From Sphyrna mokarran (Eukaryota), in assembly GCA_024679065.1 (NCBI GenBank), contig JAGIQG010000013.1, positions 52,204,001 through 52,268,000 on the forward strand: a stretch of 64,000 nt of DNA, in the 5' to 3' direction. The translations under genes were made by a program, and so were the position numbers. The notes beneath the pieces are model-generated. The model saw only the letters and a program-made list of their open reading frames with translations, made no database searches and was not told where the DNA came from. The stretch's first letter is position 1. Every line of letters starts with the position of its first letter. Shown here piece after piece: positions 13,783-26,780 of the stretch.

Positions 13783-13922
13783 TTGCTACTTCTCCAAGTT
13801 ACTATTAGTAAATTTTAGAATTTTACCCTATACTCCAGTTATATGTACTAAAAATAGCATTGATCCTATCTCTGACACTTGAGGAATACCAAAATCTACC
13901 ATCTTCAAGAGTGAAAAACAAC
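13783..13922 (+). repeat. 140-bp near-identical direct copy of 12321-12460
   Basis: Both read ttgctacttctccaagttac...cttcaagagtgaaaaacaac with only a handful of mismatches. Confidence 0.9.
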
Positions 13923-15076
13923 ACCCTGGCTAAATCCTTCTCATTGCACTGAAATTAGTCCCCTTCAAATTTAGATTTGTTGTTAAACATTGTGCCGTCT
14001 TTTTCTCTATTACTAATCTAAACATTATGATGCAATGATCACTCTTACCCAAATGCTCCTTTTTGATCCGTTTGACACAGCTGATATGCCAGCACCGCAT
14101 CCAGCAATCCTTTCTTTCTAGTTGGGTTGAGAATGAGTGGCCAGGTTTTAAATGGGTGTATTCATGTTTAGGTTTTTAACAGTTTAAGCTCCAACCTGAT
14201 ACAGACACACCCATATTCGGGGATTAAAATTACCCCAATGTCTCCATCAGAAGGGAAGAGGAGAAAATTAGAGAAACCAACAAATGATTTCTCTGTTTTG
14301 CATCATCAATTCCCCTAGCTATCAAAAGCTGTCCCTCTCAGAAAACATTCTCAATACATAAGCATTTAATTTACTTTTCCATAGTTCATAGTTCACTTCT
14401 GTCAAACAATGGGTAATTTTTTCCTACAATTACCTGACATTTGATGTCATCTTATACAACTCACCATTTTTAACTCCAGTTTATTCTGTCATCCCCATCA
14501 TGGAATGATTAAAATGCCACCTATATTGGATTTGAAAGCTAATTTTATAAATTTTGACAGATAGACATATAAAGGTGGAAATTTCCTGTGAACAGTGGGC
14601 AAGGCTCACTGCTGAGATTACAATTTTTAAGAAAAACAATCCTTTGAAGTCAAAACTCATAAGTGAAAGCAACTCATGCCACAGTAGGCCATTCACTCCA
14701 CCCCCCACCCTCTCCTCCCAGTATCAGGAAGTTTTTCTTTGCACCTAACCCTAGGAGTATCCGATTCTGGCACTCAAGGAAAAAATGTTGCATTCGCAAT
14801 TCCTAATATTGTTCGTAGTAACAGGTACATAGAATGGAGGGAAAATTCTTTTTCCCACATGTTCAGCAAAAAGATAGATGTTGTTAGCAAATAGAGCTCC
14901 AATGGAAGTAGTCCAATAGCAAAATCATTTGGAACAACTATGACATATTAACTGTTTATAGTGAATTCTGTCAAACTTCAATAGATTATGAACTGTATGC
15001 AAAATGACAATATACTAAACCTGCTTATTTTTTGTCAACCGTCATTCACACTGCAGGTTAATTTGTTGGCATTTAC

Positions 15077-15345
15077 CTTGACTTTTTCAATATGGTCTTG
15101 CAGTGAGTCTATCAGCAGGTCTCCCACAGGTTGCCAGGTATCTTTGACAGCCTCAGCCTGTCTCAATTTACGGTTCAATTCATCCATTGCATCTTGTAAT
15201 TCCAGGAGCCTCGCCAGGGCCTCATCTATGCGCTTTTGCCAATCAACAGAGCGAGCGCTCAACTTGTCCCACTCGATTTTTACCTCCTCGGCATGCTTCC
15301 GAATTACTCTGGCAACAGTTTGGGCATTCTCTTCTGGTGTTTTCA
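15077..15345 (-). CDS. DMD: Dystrophin exon orthologous to human exon 59
   Basis: Encodes (V)KTPEENAQTVARVIRKHAEEVKIEWDKL...WQPVGDLLIDSLQDHIEKVK. Acceptor TTCAG, donor AAG|GTAAAT. Length 269 bp, phase 1/0. Confidence 0.97.
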
Positions 15346-16071
15346 CTGAATAAACAGGAAGGAGAATTCTGTTTAGACTCTGAAGCTCACAAAAAGAATG
15401 GGAATTACTGCAATTAGATGGGAAAATTCTTTACTTTACTTTAAATTCTTCACTTTAAAACATTTGGCCAAAAATTAGTTCATGCTTCCTAATGACTACT
15501 TCTTGGGTTTGGCATCTGTTTATGCATTGCACTTCTGTGATGCAGTTTAGTTAAATTTTCTCCATTCAAGACATTATAAAAACAAAGATTTTCTGACTTG
15601 ACTTCACATCGCGTTCAGAAAAGAAGACAGGGGATTATAAAATGCTTCATCACAAAGAAATTATTAAATTTTTAGGTGGATCATATATAATTAGATTGTA
15701 GGGTTAACAATTGTGACAGCACCATCAGTTCAAGAATTTTGCATTACAGGGTAGCATTTGGGAATTTTATGCAGAAGTCAGCCTGCATAATTTTCCATCA
15801 ATTGCATGGGTTCCATCAGAAGTGCCAAGAATTCTGTACCAACAAACACTAACTTTCATAATCTGCCCCATTAAATTCTGATGAGGGCTATTTCATGGAT
15901 TCACAGCAACCAAACAATGCAGCACCCCTCTTCCTTGCAGCTATACGATAACCCTGCTCTTTGCTTTTTTGCTACGCTGTTAAGCTAAGCATTAGCCAAT
16001 CTTTAGAATGCAGTGAGTTTTTATGATCTTCCAAAAGCATGGCAAATCTTGAGGGGAAACGGGTCATATCC

Positions 16072-16295
16072 ATGTGCCACCAAATGAGTGGGTCACACAG
16101 GAATACGTGGAATGCTGTTGTAGAGCGTAATCCACTTTTTCTTCCACAAATTTGAAGACTACAGCTGTGAATCAAAAAACTTAATGTGCCACCAAATGAG
16201 TGGGTCACACAGGAATACGTGGAATGCTGTTGTAGAGCGTAATCCACTTTTTCTTCCACAAATTTGAAGATTACAGCTGTGAATCAAAAAACTTA
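16072..16295 (+). repeat. Tandem duplication, 2 x 112 bp
   Basis: Units start at 16072 and 16184 (atgtgccaccaaatgag...). One mismatch seen (gact/gatt). Confidence 0.95.
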
Positions 16296-19027
16296 AAATG
16301 TTTTATTGCAGCAGGAATCTTTAGAATTGAATTTAATATTCATGGGCAGGAGAAATAAAAGGTTAATCAAGGCTCTCAATACTGATCACCATCCAACAAT
16401 TGAAATTTGTACATGCGTGAGTTGGAATGAGAAAAGGACTGGGCTCAGCTGTGACACTATTTACAGTTGAATAGTTTGCCAATATCATATCCTGGATTTA
16501 TCCATGAAAGGGCAGTTACTTGGATAAATTACTCAGGAGGGCATAGTGTCAGTGGAAAGCTCAGTTGACATGCGTCAGCATTTTCAAATGAGATGGGACA
16601 AAGAATGGGCAAAAAAATTAAAGCATTCCCATGAAATCAACATCTCAATCATTTGCAGTGGCAAACATTGAAGTCCAATCTATCCAGTGGCCAATACAGC
16701 TGCTCTGAAATAGCTTCATTGTTTGTTGTCCAGGAATCCAACCCTGCCAAAAATTCTCAGAGCGCAAATTTACTGAAACCATGAGCAGTGATGATACCAT
16801 CAGACAAATTGGCATGAATAAATTATTGGGCCTGACATCATGACAGAACTGAAGAAATCCTTTTTCTATGAGAGCCAGCTGCACCAGCTGGCAAGCAGAA
16901 TTGCAAGATCACATTGATGTATAAGTTGCACTTGCAAGTTTGGAGATCATTAAAATTTAACACAGAAGTAGTAGTACTTTCCTGTAGTTTCCATAATGGA
17001 TAAAATTAAAAAAAACACAAAACTTGCTAAAGCATTTGAAATATAATTTCACACTTTTAGCTTTAAAGTTGCCACATTTCCCTATCTTCTCCAAATTGTT
17101 GATTTTTGCTAACTACCTTTCCATAGACATGGAGACATACCTCATATCTTAGTCATGTGGCTAATCTTCCCGTGCATTTTCTAACATGATGGTGAGGATT
17201 AGTATTTCATAGTTCCAGCACTTCCCTCCCTAACGTCATTTTAACAAAAAAATGCAGCAGTTTTTCACTGCATCATTGATAATCTGCTACCTATTAACAC
17301 CAAATTAAGGCTTGTTTTGTGCTGTGGATTTGTATTCCCTACAAGCACATTTTTAGTATTCAAAATTATTTTACTTAGATTGCAAAGAACCGTCACAAAG
17401 GAAAAACTTATTCTATCCATCGGAGCTGCAATCAAACAAGTCCCAGAAGGAAAAGAGCAGAATGATAATTCACTGTGCCACTAAGTCCTGTTTGATCATT
17501 TTATCTTCTGCACTTGAGTTACTCTGCCAAGGGGGACGAAATAATGGGCTGCTCTCAGCCCTCTGCAACGTTATGTGATGGATGGCTAGGAGGTTCATAA
17601 GTGATGCACCAATTGATGCTCCTTGAGTGATGGTGCTTTGGCTCCATTTATTGCTATCCAGTGATGTTCTAGCCAACAAAACCTACCATCTGGGGACTTG
17701 CAAATGTGAATCCAAAATCTATCATGTTGTGCAGACTATTTTTTTTACACCAACTACAGCAGCAAAAACCTTACCGAACCATACATACCAATTCAAATAA
17801 GGAATGGCTGTTTGCTGGACAAGGTTTCTCCTTGACAGCTTGTATATGCATGAATAATAACTCTGAGATACATCAGCAAGTCCTTGTTACCTCAAATGTG
17901 CAGGCACAGATATTGAGAAAAGGCAGATAAATATCAACAGAAAGGATTTGATGAAAAAGAGCTTGCACTCAATTGGGATTTTTTGTGTAAGAAGTCAGAG
18001 CTAACATAAGTATTATTTTATTTGTCATGCAGTTTAATTAATTGTTCACTATTATTAAGCTTGAATCTAGCACAAAATACATAGGCACAATTAACAAAAT
18101 ATAATCTTTAAAAAGTACAAATATTTTGCAAAGTTTTTGTTAAGCAATTGAATATTCAAATTAAATCCAAGGTGTGATAATGGTGGATATTTTTTTGCCA
18201 TTTTCAATTGATTTAAGCAAGTTTAAGATCATGAGCTGTGATAACTGAAATATTGTGTTATCACACAGTTTCTCCATTCTCCAGCAGCGAGTTTCAAATG
18301 CAATCAGAATGAAGCAATGGAAATATCTTTTCCTAACTGCAGATGGTAAGGGACCTATGTGAGATGGATTTGGGTACTCTCAACCTCATGTGCTTCCCCC
18401 ACAACAGAAACCTGTCCACAATTTGCACAATGGCAAAATACCTCAGCACCCCCCCACCCCCGTTCCCCAAGGCACAGGAATGATGAGGTCAATTGTTTTT
18501 GCCTATCATATCCCTACATGATTTGTTAATGACCAGTTTTATGACCAGATTAACAGAAAGCAAAGATTTGCTTGCTCCTTGTGGGTTAGTGCCACATCAG
18601 GTCTATGAGAAAATAAAACTTGACAATAGGATCATCTGGAGTATTTTATTTGGTGCAGTGTTTTAAAAACAGCCAGAGCTCCAGATGTCTTTCATGGTTT
18701 TGGAATCTCTCTCACCATTTTTATTAAATCTCACTGTTTTTAATGGTCCTTAGAGATAAACACAAAAGAATAGAAACCCACTAAGCCTGCTGTTATGCAG
18801 AACTCTTCTTTAAAAAGAATGGAGTTGTAAGGATAGCAAATTATTTAATCCTCTGTATTTGAGTCTACTGATAACACAAAGCCTCATCTCATCATTCAGA
18901 AATCTGCAAGACAACATAACTATCCCCAAGTGAACATAACTAAATGGTTTTCAGCAAATCACACAGCAATGACTGAATAGCTATTAACTAACTTTTATTG
19001 TATTCTGAACACAAGCTGAGTAATTAC

Positions 19028-19148
19028 CTTTTGGTGATGACAGAAGGCTTTCAGGTCCTTCAATAGGCTGATCAGCTAAGAACACACGTACTGTGTCCAA
19101 AACACTCATGACCACTGGTTCCTTTGCCTTCAACTCCCGCTTGAAAGT
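19028..19148 (-). CDS. DMD: Dystrophin exon orthologous to human exon 58 (not in the ORF track)
   Basis: Manual translation gives TFKRELKAKEPVVMSVLDTVRVFLADQPIEGPESLLSSPK. Acceptor TTTCAG, donor AAG|GTAATT. Length 121 bp, phase 0/1, joining exon 59 in frame. Confidence 0.95.
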
Positions 19149-19799
19149 CTGAAAGTATATAGCACATTAGAACTCAATTCTACAAGGATAAAATAAGTAT
19201 CAAAATTAAGTCATCAGTGAAAGAAACACTATTTAACCCTCAGGAATTATAACTCTCATAAATGTTACACATTCCTCTCTGTGGCTCACCATCTTAATGT
19301 GGTGCAAAGGCATGTGCACTCTGATAATCACTTAAGCAACGTTATTGGGATCTCTTGCTATTGGTAGGGTCTCCCATCATAGCCAGACAATGGCCTGGCA
19401 TAACAGGTGATGAACAGTTATGTTTTATCCCCGGCTGTGAAAGTGGAAGAAGGCTGCAGTGGCAAGGTAGCCTTGGTCATTATGGTGTAATATGTCACTG
19501 AAATTTAGCTACTAAATCTATCAAGATCATGTGATGAATGATGATGCCCCAAGTTCTCATGTAAACAAAGTCACATGCAGGTTTCTACTAGGGTCAATTT
19601 GCCAAGTTCAGCGGAGGTGTAGAATTGTCAATTGGGACAGGATGGTGAACCTGGGGATCCTGAGGCAAGGATCTGCACAGAGGTGACAGATGCATGAAGG
19701 TTGCTGGTCATGAATGTTGGGACAGAATTGTCTTTGAGCAGCTGCTTCTGTGACTGCACAGTCTTCCTCAGGATACTCTTTGCTTATGCCAAATGGGGA

Positions 19800-21810
19800 G
19801 ATATCCTAAAAACAATCTGTCCCACTTGCTCTTAGTGGTGAATGGCACTCTGCAGGATCACCATTTTTGTGGTCAAAGAAAGAAGACTCTAAATTTTATG
19901 AATCAGAATGTTAGAACACACATGGATCATCTCAAGAGTGACCATCCAGAAAGAACAATTGCAATTGGATCACATGAGCTATCTAGACTTGAAATTAACA
20001 TCACCACCCTCAGTAATACCTGCCTTCTTGGTGAGGGGCAGCTGAAGAAACAAGTTTAGGTGTGGAACAGGATACACATTACTGTGAAGGAAAGACTAAC
20101 AGTGACCCTCATTGGATGCATTGCCAGACACCACAATTATATAACTGAAAGGATCATGACACTTCAGCTCAGCCATAAATCAAAATGCCACCTCCATCAG
20201 CACTTATGCCCTACCCTGACTCTTGACTCTGATGAAGACTTTAAGGAACATTTCTACTCTGACCTTGAAAAAGTCCTACTGGCATCCCTAAATAAAAAAA
20301 AAATCATTCTTCAGGGGGACTTTAATGTCAGGATTGGCCATCAATCTGAGGTCTAGAGCAGAATCTGAGAAATATCTGAACTATCTGATCCATCAACAGA
20401 TGCCTTCTGGACAGATCATAGACTTGTCCAACTGGTGATGAACATCTGCTGAGCACAAAGACATCGCAAGGCACAAAAGTCAAAGAGGAAGAAGATAAAT
20501 GTTTCAGCATTAAAGTAATTCAGCCAAAGAAAGTAATTCCAAGTGCACTGCTTGACCAACCTGGAATATCTTCACATATCCAACTCAATTTAAGAATGGT
20601 AACAACACATGATGACAGCTGTACTAGATTCCTGTGCCCAGACCATTGGGGTCAAGTGTCCTTAACACCATGAGTAGTTCAATGAAAACAAACCTGAAAT
20701 ACATGACTCCAAGAACAAGGACAAGTGATTATATTGCCTGACACAATAAGGCAAAGTCGCAACTCAAGAAGGCAACAATGAAACACCTCAAGGATGAGTT
20801 CAAAGACAAATCCTGAAGTTAAAGGACATGTGGTGGGAATAGAAAGACCATAAAATCCAACAACAAACTGACCATCATGACTTACAATGGCTTTTGAAAC
20901 CATTAGCATAATCTATAAGCCAAAGTCAAATATCCCTTAGCTCACAGGATGATGTTTATTTTCTTCACAATGACAACTGCCACCAATTGCTGGATAGGAT
21001 ATTTTCATCTTACAGATTTGTAAGGATAAAAGACTCTCCCTGCCATGTCTCCCCCCACCCCACCCCCCACCACCACCACCACCACCCAAACATCTCTCCT
21101 GACTGCAAGAATGCAACAATTCTAACTATCTGCAAAGAGAGTGATAAATTGTGTTGTGGAGACTATTGGGCCATTTTCTTCTAGTCATAGCAAGGAAAAT
21201 TCTGACATGCATTCTTCTGAATCACCTATTTCCTGTGGCTGAGGAAATCGTACCAGAGACACAGTACATCTTCAGACTTTCCAGAGAAACCTCTGATGTT
21301 GTCTTTGTCATCAGATAAATCCAAGGATTGCAATCTTCAAACTGACCATTGCCAGGTTCTGTGGATTGTGTTCAAAGGTTTGGATATCTAAGGATCCTCA
21401 ATACAATCCTCAATGATGATATGATTACAACTATCTTGAATGAAAGATGTGAAAGAGATGCCTTCAAAAATCTGGACCAGGATCAAGTAAGGCAGTGTGA
21501 TTGCCCCCATCACAATCTACATGATACTGACTATTCAAGTCATGAAAGATAAACTGCCCTCTGCTGTCAGCATTGAACACCGACTAGATGGGAAAGCTCT
21601 AACCTCAGTCACCTCCATGCCAAAACCAAACCGACCACCATAGAGGTATATGATTTATAGTTTGCGGTTGATGTAGTGTCATTTGCTATTTTGCAAAAGG
21701 TTTGCAAGCCACTCTTGATCACTTCAATTCTGCATAAAAGAAAATCATCCTGTCTTTGAATATTGCCAAAACCAAAATTCATATATCAACATTCCGTCAC
21801 ACCAAAAATC
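19800..21810 (+). mobile_element. Degenerate RTE-clade LINE (APE and RT remnants, internally deleted)
   Basis: APE motifs NVRTHMD...PERTIAI..ELSR..I...LS.T...GEGQL and PTL.LDSDEDFKEHFYSDLE...IILQGDFNVRIG, followed by decayed RT-region sequence. Confidence 0.8.
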
Positions 21811-21964
21811 AGTGGGCTTTTGGTTGGGCCACCAAATCTTCTGCAATGAGTCCTGCCAAGACAGGGTAGAAAATCCCAGTCCTTGTTAGCCAAATATTCA
21901 ACCTTCCATAAATGTTGAAAGAGTGGTTCTGCAATGTGCTGAGCTGAGCACCTTGATGACTGAA

Positions 21965-22120
21965 TGGTCACCATAAAATAAGCTTTCAATTTCATATTTT
22001 ATTAATTGAAGCTGAATGCCACCAGCTGTCATAATGGGATTTGAACCCAGGTTCCCCAAAGCATTTGCCTTGATCTCTGGATTGCTAGTCCAGTCATGTT
22101 AACACTGCATCATTGTCTCC
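21965..22120 (-). mobile_element. 5' fragment of a second tRNA-derived SINE family
   Basis: gggatttgaacccag...tggattgctagtccagt is shared with the copies at 42606-43030 and 53005-53339. Confidence 0.6.
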
Positions 22121-23422
22121 TGTACTTCAGCAAATATCTATGCTAGTGCATTATTGGTGTAAGTACACTAAACTCAAGTTTCTTGCATGCTTTGGAGTTA
22201 TGTAAACAAAAGGCAGAGAGTTATAACTTGAAGAGATATAAACAATCAAGGATATTTGTGTGAATCAATATTTTCATGCAAGTCCAATGTAACTCAGTAA
22301 CACAAAATCTCTTTGCAATAAATCATATTGGTCTTGTATCACAGTTACCCTGGAAAGTTCTAGGACATTCTTGCTAACATCTTCAGATACGTCAAGAAGA
22401 AAAGGTAGGAGGAACTTATTGTTCAGGAAAACTCCAGCCAAAGTTACATAAGGTCCAGCTGTCACAATTCAGAACATTACTTTTCATCAAGTTTCAACAG
22501 AGACTCCCCATCGAGATTGTGAAAGCTATTGAAAATTCCAGTCAATAATTCTTTCAGTCAATTCACTGCTTAATTAGGCAGTTAACACTAGTGTTTTACC
22601 TCATAATCACATAAAACTTCTCTGTATTTAAATTGTGTTAAGACCCAAACTGACACCAAAGCATGTTGATTGAGAATATCTTCTCAAGGAAGTATTGCTT
22701 TGTGTTGTTGTTGGGACAAGCCTTCACTATCTGGATTCAGGCTATATGATAATTGTAGACTTAGTGCAAGACTGCTTTACAGTCCCCCCGTAGTTGTTGT
22801 GTGAATACATCCTTTGGCAATGTTTCTTTAAAGGATTCAGCAGCATTGATCATTATAGTTATAATTTCAATTTCATTCATAATCCTGTGGCCAGGAGGAA
22901 AAATTATTTTGAGTTACCCCAGCTTTATCTAAATTCTCTACCATAGTGGCTTAATTAAATACACGAAACAAAAAAAAACATTGCTCTTCCATGATTGTAA
23001 GATGATTCTGAAAATTAAACCATGCATGTCAACAAAGATGCATTGTTCATTTTGGGCTAAAGTGCTAATGCAATGTGTTGCACACTTCCCAGCATCACTC
23101 CAGAACCTGTGAAGGTTAAATTTCAAATCTTTTAAATGAAACCCAAACGTGTTTTTCATCACCTAGCACAGCATCCTTACAAGTTGCCATTTGTTATCCT
23201 GTAGTGATTAATTTTACGCTGAATGAAGTTGGCAAGCTAAGCACATTTTGTTATTTGCAGTGATCAATTCATAATCTAACTAAGAAGGGTATATATTCCT
23301 CAAGGGATGGAAGAGGTGCCATTTGTCTGGCAACACCAATCAGTCCTTGCAAGCAGATATGAAGTTAAAACATTCTTTTACGACAGAAGTTTAAAGCAGT
23401 AAAAATATCAATTTTTCCTTAC

Positions 23423-23579
23423 ACGATGAACATCATTCTGTTGTTGTACAGCAGGAACATCCCCACCAATAGGTCTTTGCCTTGTCAGTTCATCGTTCTT
23501 CAAATTCAACCATGCTAGTAAGTCCTGGAGAGAAATGTGTAGTCGCTTCCACTGCTCGGCACTCGTCTCCAGACAGGCT
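23423..23579 (-). CDS. DMD: Dystrophin exon orthologous to human exon 57
   Basis: Encodes (R)[52 protein letters not shown]. Acceptor TTTTAG, donor CGT|GTAAGG. Length 157 bp, phase 2/0. Confidence 0.96.
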
Positions 23580-25039
23580 CTAAAACGGTAAAAATAAACC
23601 TCAGCATTGTGTTCGCTCAATAAATAACACAAAAATAAAAAAAAAAGTGGGCTGTGCAAATGGCTGTACCTAACTGCAGCCGAACAGCTCTATTTGAGTG
23701 TTGCTATTCCATAAGATGTAGAATGTTTCTACTGTGCTTCCAGTACCATATACTAAAACAAAACAGTAAAATAAAAACTTCTTCTAATATATTATTCAAA
23801 CACATTTCTTGAAATTCTCTCTGCAAAACATGTGACAAGAAATGGAGCACTCTGAGAGAAATATACCAAATCACTGAATATTGTTCATAACCTTCTCAAC
23901 ATAAATGAATATTCCAAACATAAAGTTCTTTATTTTTTTCAAATAAAACAAACAACGCAAGATTCTGTGTTGGTATAACACATGCAATGTGTTTCACAAA
24001 GTCAGCGTCAGCTTCAATTTTATAGAAAGCTTTATCTTCTATCCCTCTCCATGAATGCTGTAAAAACACTGACTGGTGCATTGCTACACTACAGAGATTC
24101 AAAAAGTCCAAGCTTTGGTTCTCAGTCATTTAAGTTAAAACATTCAGCTTCAAGTTCTTCAGAGACAGGACTAAAGTCAGTGAAGTCTTTCTTTTTGATT
24201 GCTACCCAATGACCCTTGCTGGAAAAGATGCAAGTGTGAACCTTAGAAGGAAACATGATTGGTTGCAAAGCAATTGGGTGCTATTTAGAAAGGGTGTCCC
24301 AATCTCTCCCTGCTTCCCCCACATCAGCAGCATGCTTGCCTACAACTCTGCTAGTGGGAACCAGTAGTGATTCTCACTGGGCCCACTCCACTACTGCAGG
24401 TCAGAAGATTTCTGGGATCTGGAGAATCCCACATTGAATGGGCTAAGCATATTTGAAAGTTATTTAAATATGCTAATTGGCCTCATGCTCTTCCTGGGTG
24501 GGATCCGATTTGCACCAATAGCCAGGGACCAGGATGATTACAAACTATTTGGCACTGGGTGCTAAACCCATCTTTAGGTCCACAAAACGGCAGGATTGTT
24601 GTGATCTGCTGTAGGCATGGTGACGTCAGAAAATCACTCCCATTAACAATTTGCATCAGCAGGGTACAAGAACCTAAAAACAATTGTTTTAAGTCACAAA
24701 GTTAGTGTTGATTCATAAAATGCTTTTTATTCAAGCAGTCTGTTCCTTAGCACTATACTGAACATTAATTTGAGAAACCAATTCTGATGACTTCTATTCA
24801 AAGGTAGATAGTCACCGACCTTGTGAAACGATGGACAGAATTACTCCCAAAAATGGCAAAGTGTCAGGTTCTGCCTAAAAACAGATACATTTCCTCCAGA
24901 AAAACTGGCAAGTTTTCTCTCCACATTTTCTAACCTTTGTCAAAATAAAAGCAGGGGGATAGGTTTTGAGCCATCATTCCTGCCTTAAGACCAGCAAAAC
25001 CGGTTCCACAGAAATCAATCTCAGATTGAAAATAAAGTA

Positions 25040-25790
25040 TCCCCTGCCTCATCACTACTAGCATCCGGGCATCAGAGCCCTCTCCCCTCTCCTAACATAA
25101 GCAGGCAACCCCCTGCCCCCAATGCAGAAACTCCCCCTCCACCCAATGCAGACATCCCTCTTCTCCTCCCCCTCCACCGCACAATGCAGGCAACAATTCC
25201 TTCCTTCTTTTAAGGGTAGCCACCCCATCCTCCCCCACTATCCCCAAATGCAAACAATCTCCCCTCCTCCAGCCTCTATAGCGATTCCCACTTCCTACAC
25301 CCAATCCAAGCATCCCTCTTCCCAAGCTGCAGGCTTCCATTGTTCAGCTCACCCTCCCCCACCCCCAATGTAGGCATTCCTTCCCTCTGCAATGCCCCCC
25401 ATCCCCAAAATCAAGCATTCCCTCCCTCCACACCCTCCCCCCTCCAATGTAGGCATTTCACCCTCCTCATCAATGCAGCTGGACCCTCCCAACACTTCAC
25501 TCCCAACGCAACCACACCCTCCTCCTCTCAATCCAGGCATCCTCTCTCCTTGACCAATGCAGGCGTTCCAACCTTCTCCATGACCACTGTAGATATTTTC
25601 CCCTCCTCCCTTCCTCACCCCAACACGTGTTCCCCCTCTCCCATGCAATCATTTCCCCCACTTCTGCACCCCAACACAGGCATCCCTCCTCCTCCTCAAA
25701 GTAGACACACCACCCACCTCCCAATACAGGCATGCCCCTTCCCTCAAAAGGAGACATCTATCTTCCACCATCACTGTGCCCCATCCGACA
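25040..25790. repeat. Decayed C-rich minisatellite or low-complexity tract
   Basis: Recurrent cccaatgcaggcatccc-like cores separated by C/T runs. The overlapping ORFs are compositional artefacts. Confidence 0.75.
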
Positions 25791-26129
25791 TTATGAGAAG
25801 CCAAGCCTCCAAAGGGGTTCCGCATATATTTGTTTTTTTTTGCTTACTGTTCAAGTATATAGCAAATACTGCCAACTGACCACCCAAGAATAGTGATCTT
25901 CCAGCACAATGTAGTGTAAGGTGTTTCTAGATAATTAAGAGAGGCTAATGAACTTCATATTGATTGAATTCTTGAAGGAAAATTAACATTTCTACCGCAT
26001 TTCCTATTAGACTGCTATGAAACACAACACTTAAATTTAATTATTTTTCCTAAAATCTCTCAGTGACAAAATCGCCTCTTAATACCAACCTCCATCTCCA
26101 AGGTCCTTGAAATATCATAGCCCACATCT

Positions 26130-26780
26130 GCAACTATATATCTCACCAATTTACTGCCTGAATTTCTCCAATCAGATTTCGACCTCTCCCAAAGTAATAA
26201 AATGACCCAAACCAAGTATCAAATGACTTTTTCTGTGACTGACTGTCATTACATTATTTACATGCTTCTTTTGCAACTCCTATAAAGCCTTCAACAGTGT
26301 TTATTGCATTTATACTCACCAACTCTTCTCCTGTTAGCTCAGTTCCATGAGATTGCTTTCACTCAGTTCCACTCTTACATACATAATTGCAACCAATTTT
26401 ATCTCCAGTAGTCACTTTTATTGCTCACATGGCACTTATCATCTTAGAACTCTCTCAGGGCCTTATCCCTAGTCCCCTCCTTTCTCTCTAGCAATCTATC
26501 CCTTAGTGAAATTATCCATACATGGGAAAACTTTCACATCTGCTCTGATGTCACACAGTTCTACATAATTTTCAGCTCGATTCCCTAACTCCTCCTATAC
26601 ACCCAACTGCTTCTCTGGTCTCAGACCAGTTGTTTAATATTTAGTCTTGCATGAGTATACGTTCTTCTAGACATTGGAAAACCTAAAGCCATCACCTTCA
26701 TTCTCTGCCATAAACCTGGCCAACTTTATCCCCTCTACCAGCACTGTCTGAGCCTGATCCAGACTGTTTACAAACTCATC
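26130..26780 (+). mobile_element. Highly degenerate L2-like LINE RT fragment
   Basis: Decayed equivalents of QSGFR..HST, AFDTV, PQGS.LGPLLF and YADDTQ (tgctctgatgtcacacagttctac) in the expected order. Confidence 0.55.

Larger units (their letters stand above)
10640..14130 (-). mobile_element. Old degenerate CR1 LINE, interrupted by a younger CR1, a SINE and a 140-bp copied segment
   Basis: Minus-strand remnants of RT and C-terminal motifs (EWAD..MEFN; ORFs 13229-13599). The sequence continues collinearly across the insertions. Confidence 0.7.

Noticed and set aside
14988-15417. Plus-strand ORFs over exon 59 (also 35455-35745 over exon 56)
   Set aside because: They are antisense shadows of the DMD exons.
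22274-22465. Possible extra exon in intron 57 (ORF with a donor-like GG|GTAAC)
   Set aside because: No spectrin similarity, and exons 57 and 58 already join in frame.
25092-25879. Overlapping Pro-rich and Gly-rich ORFs
   Set aside because: Low-complexity C-rich tract.
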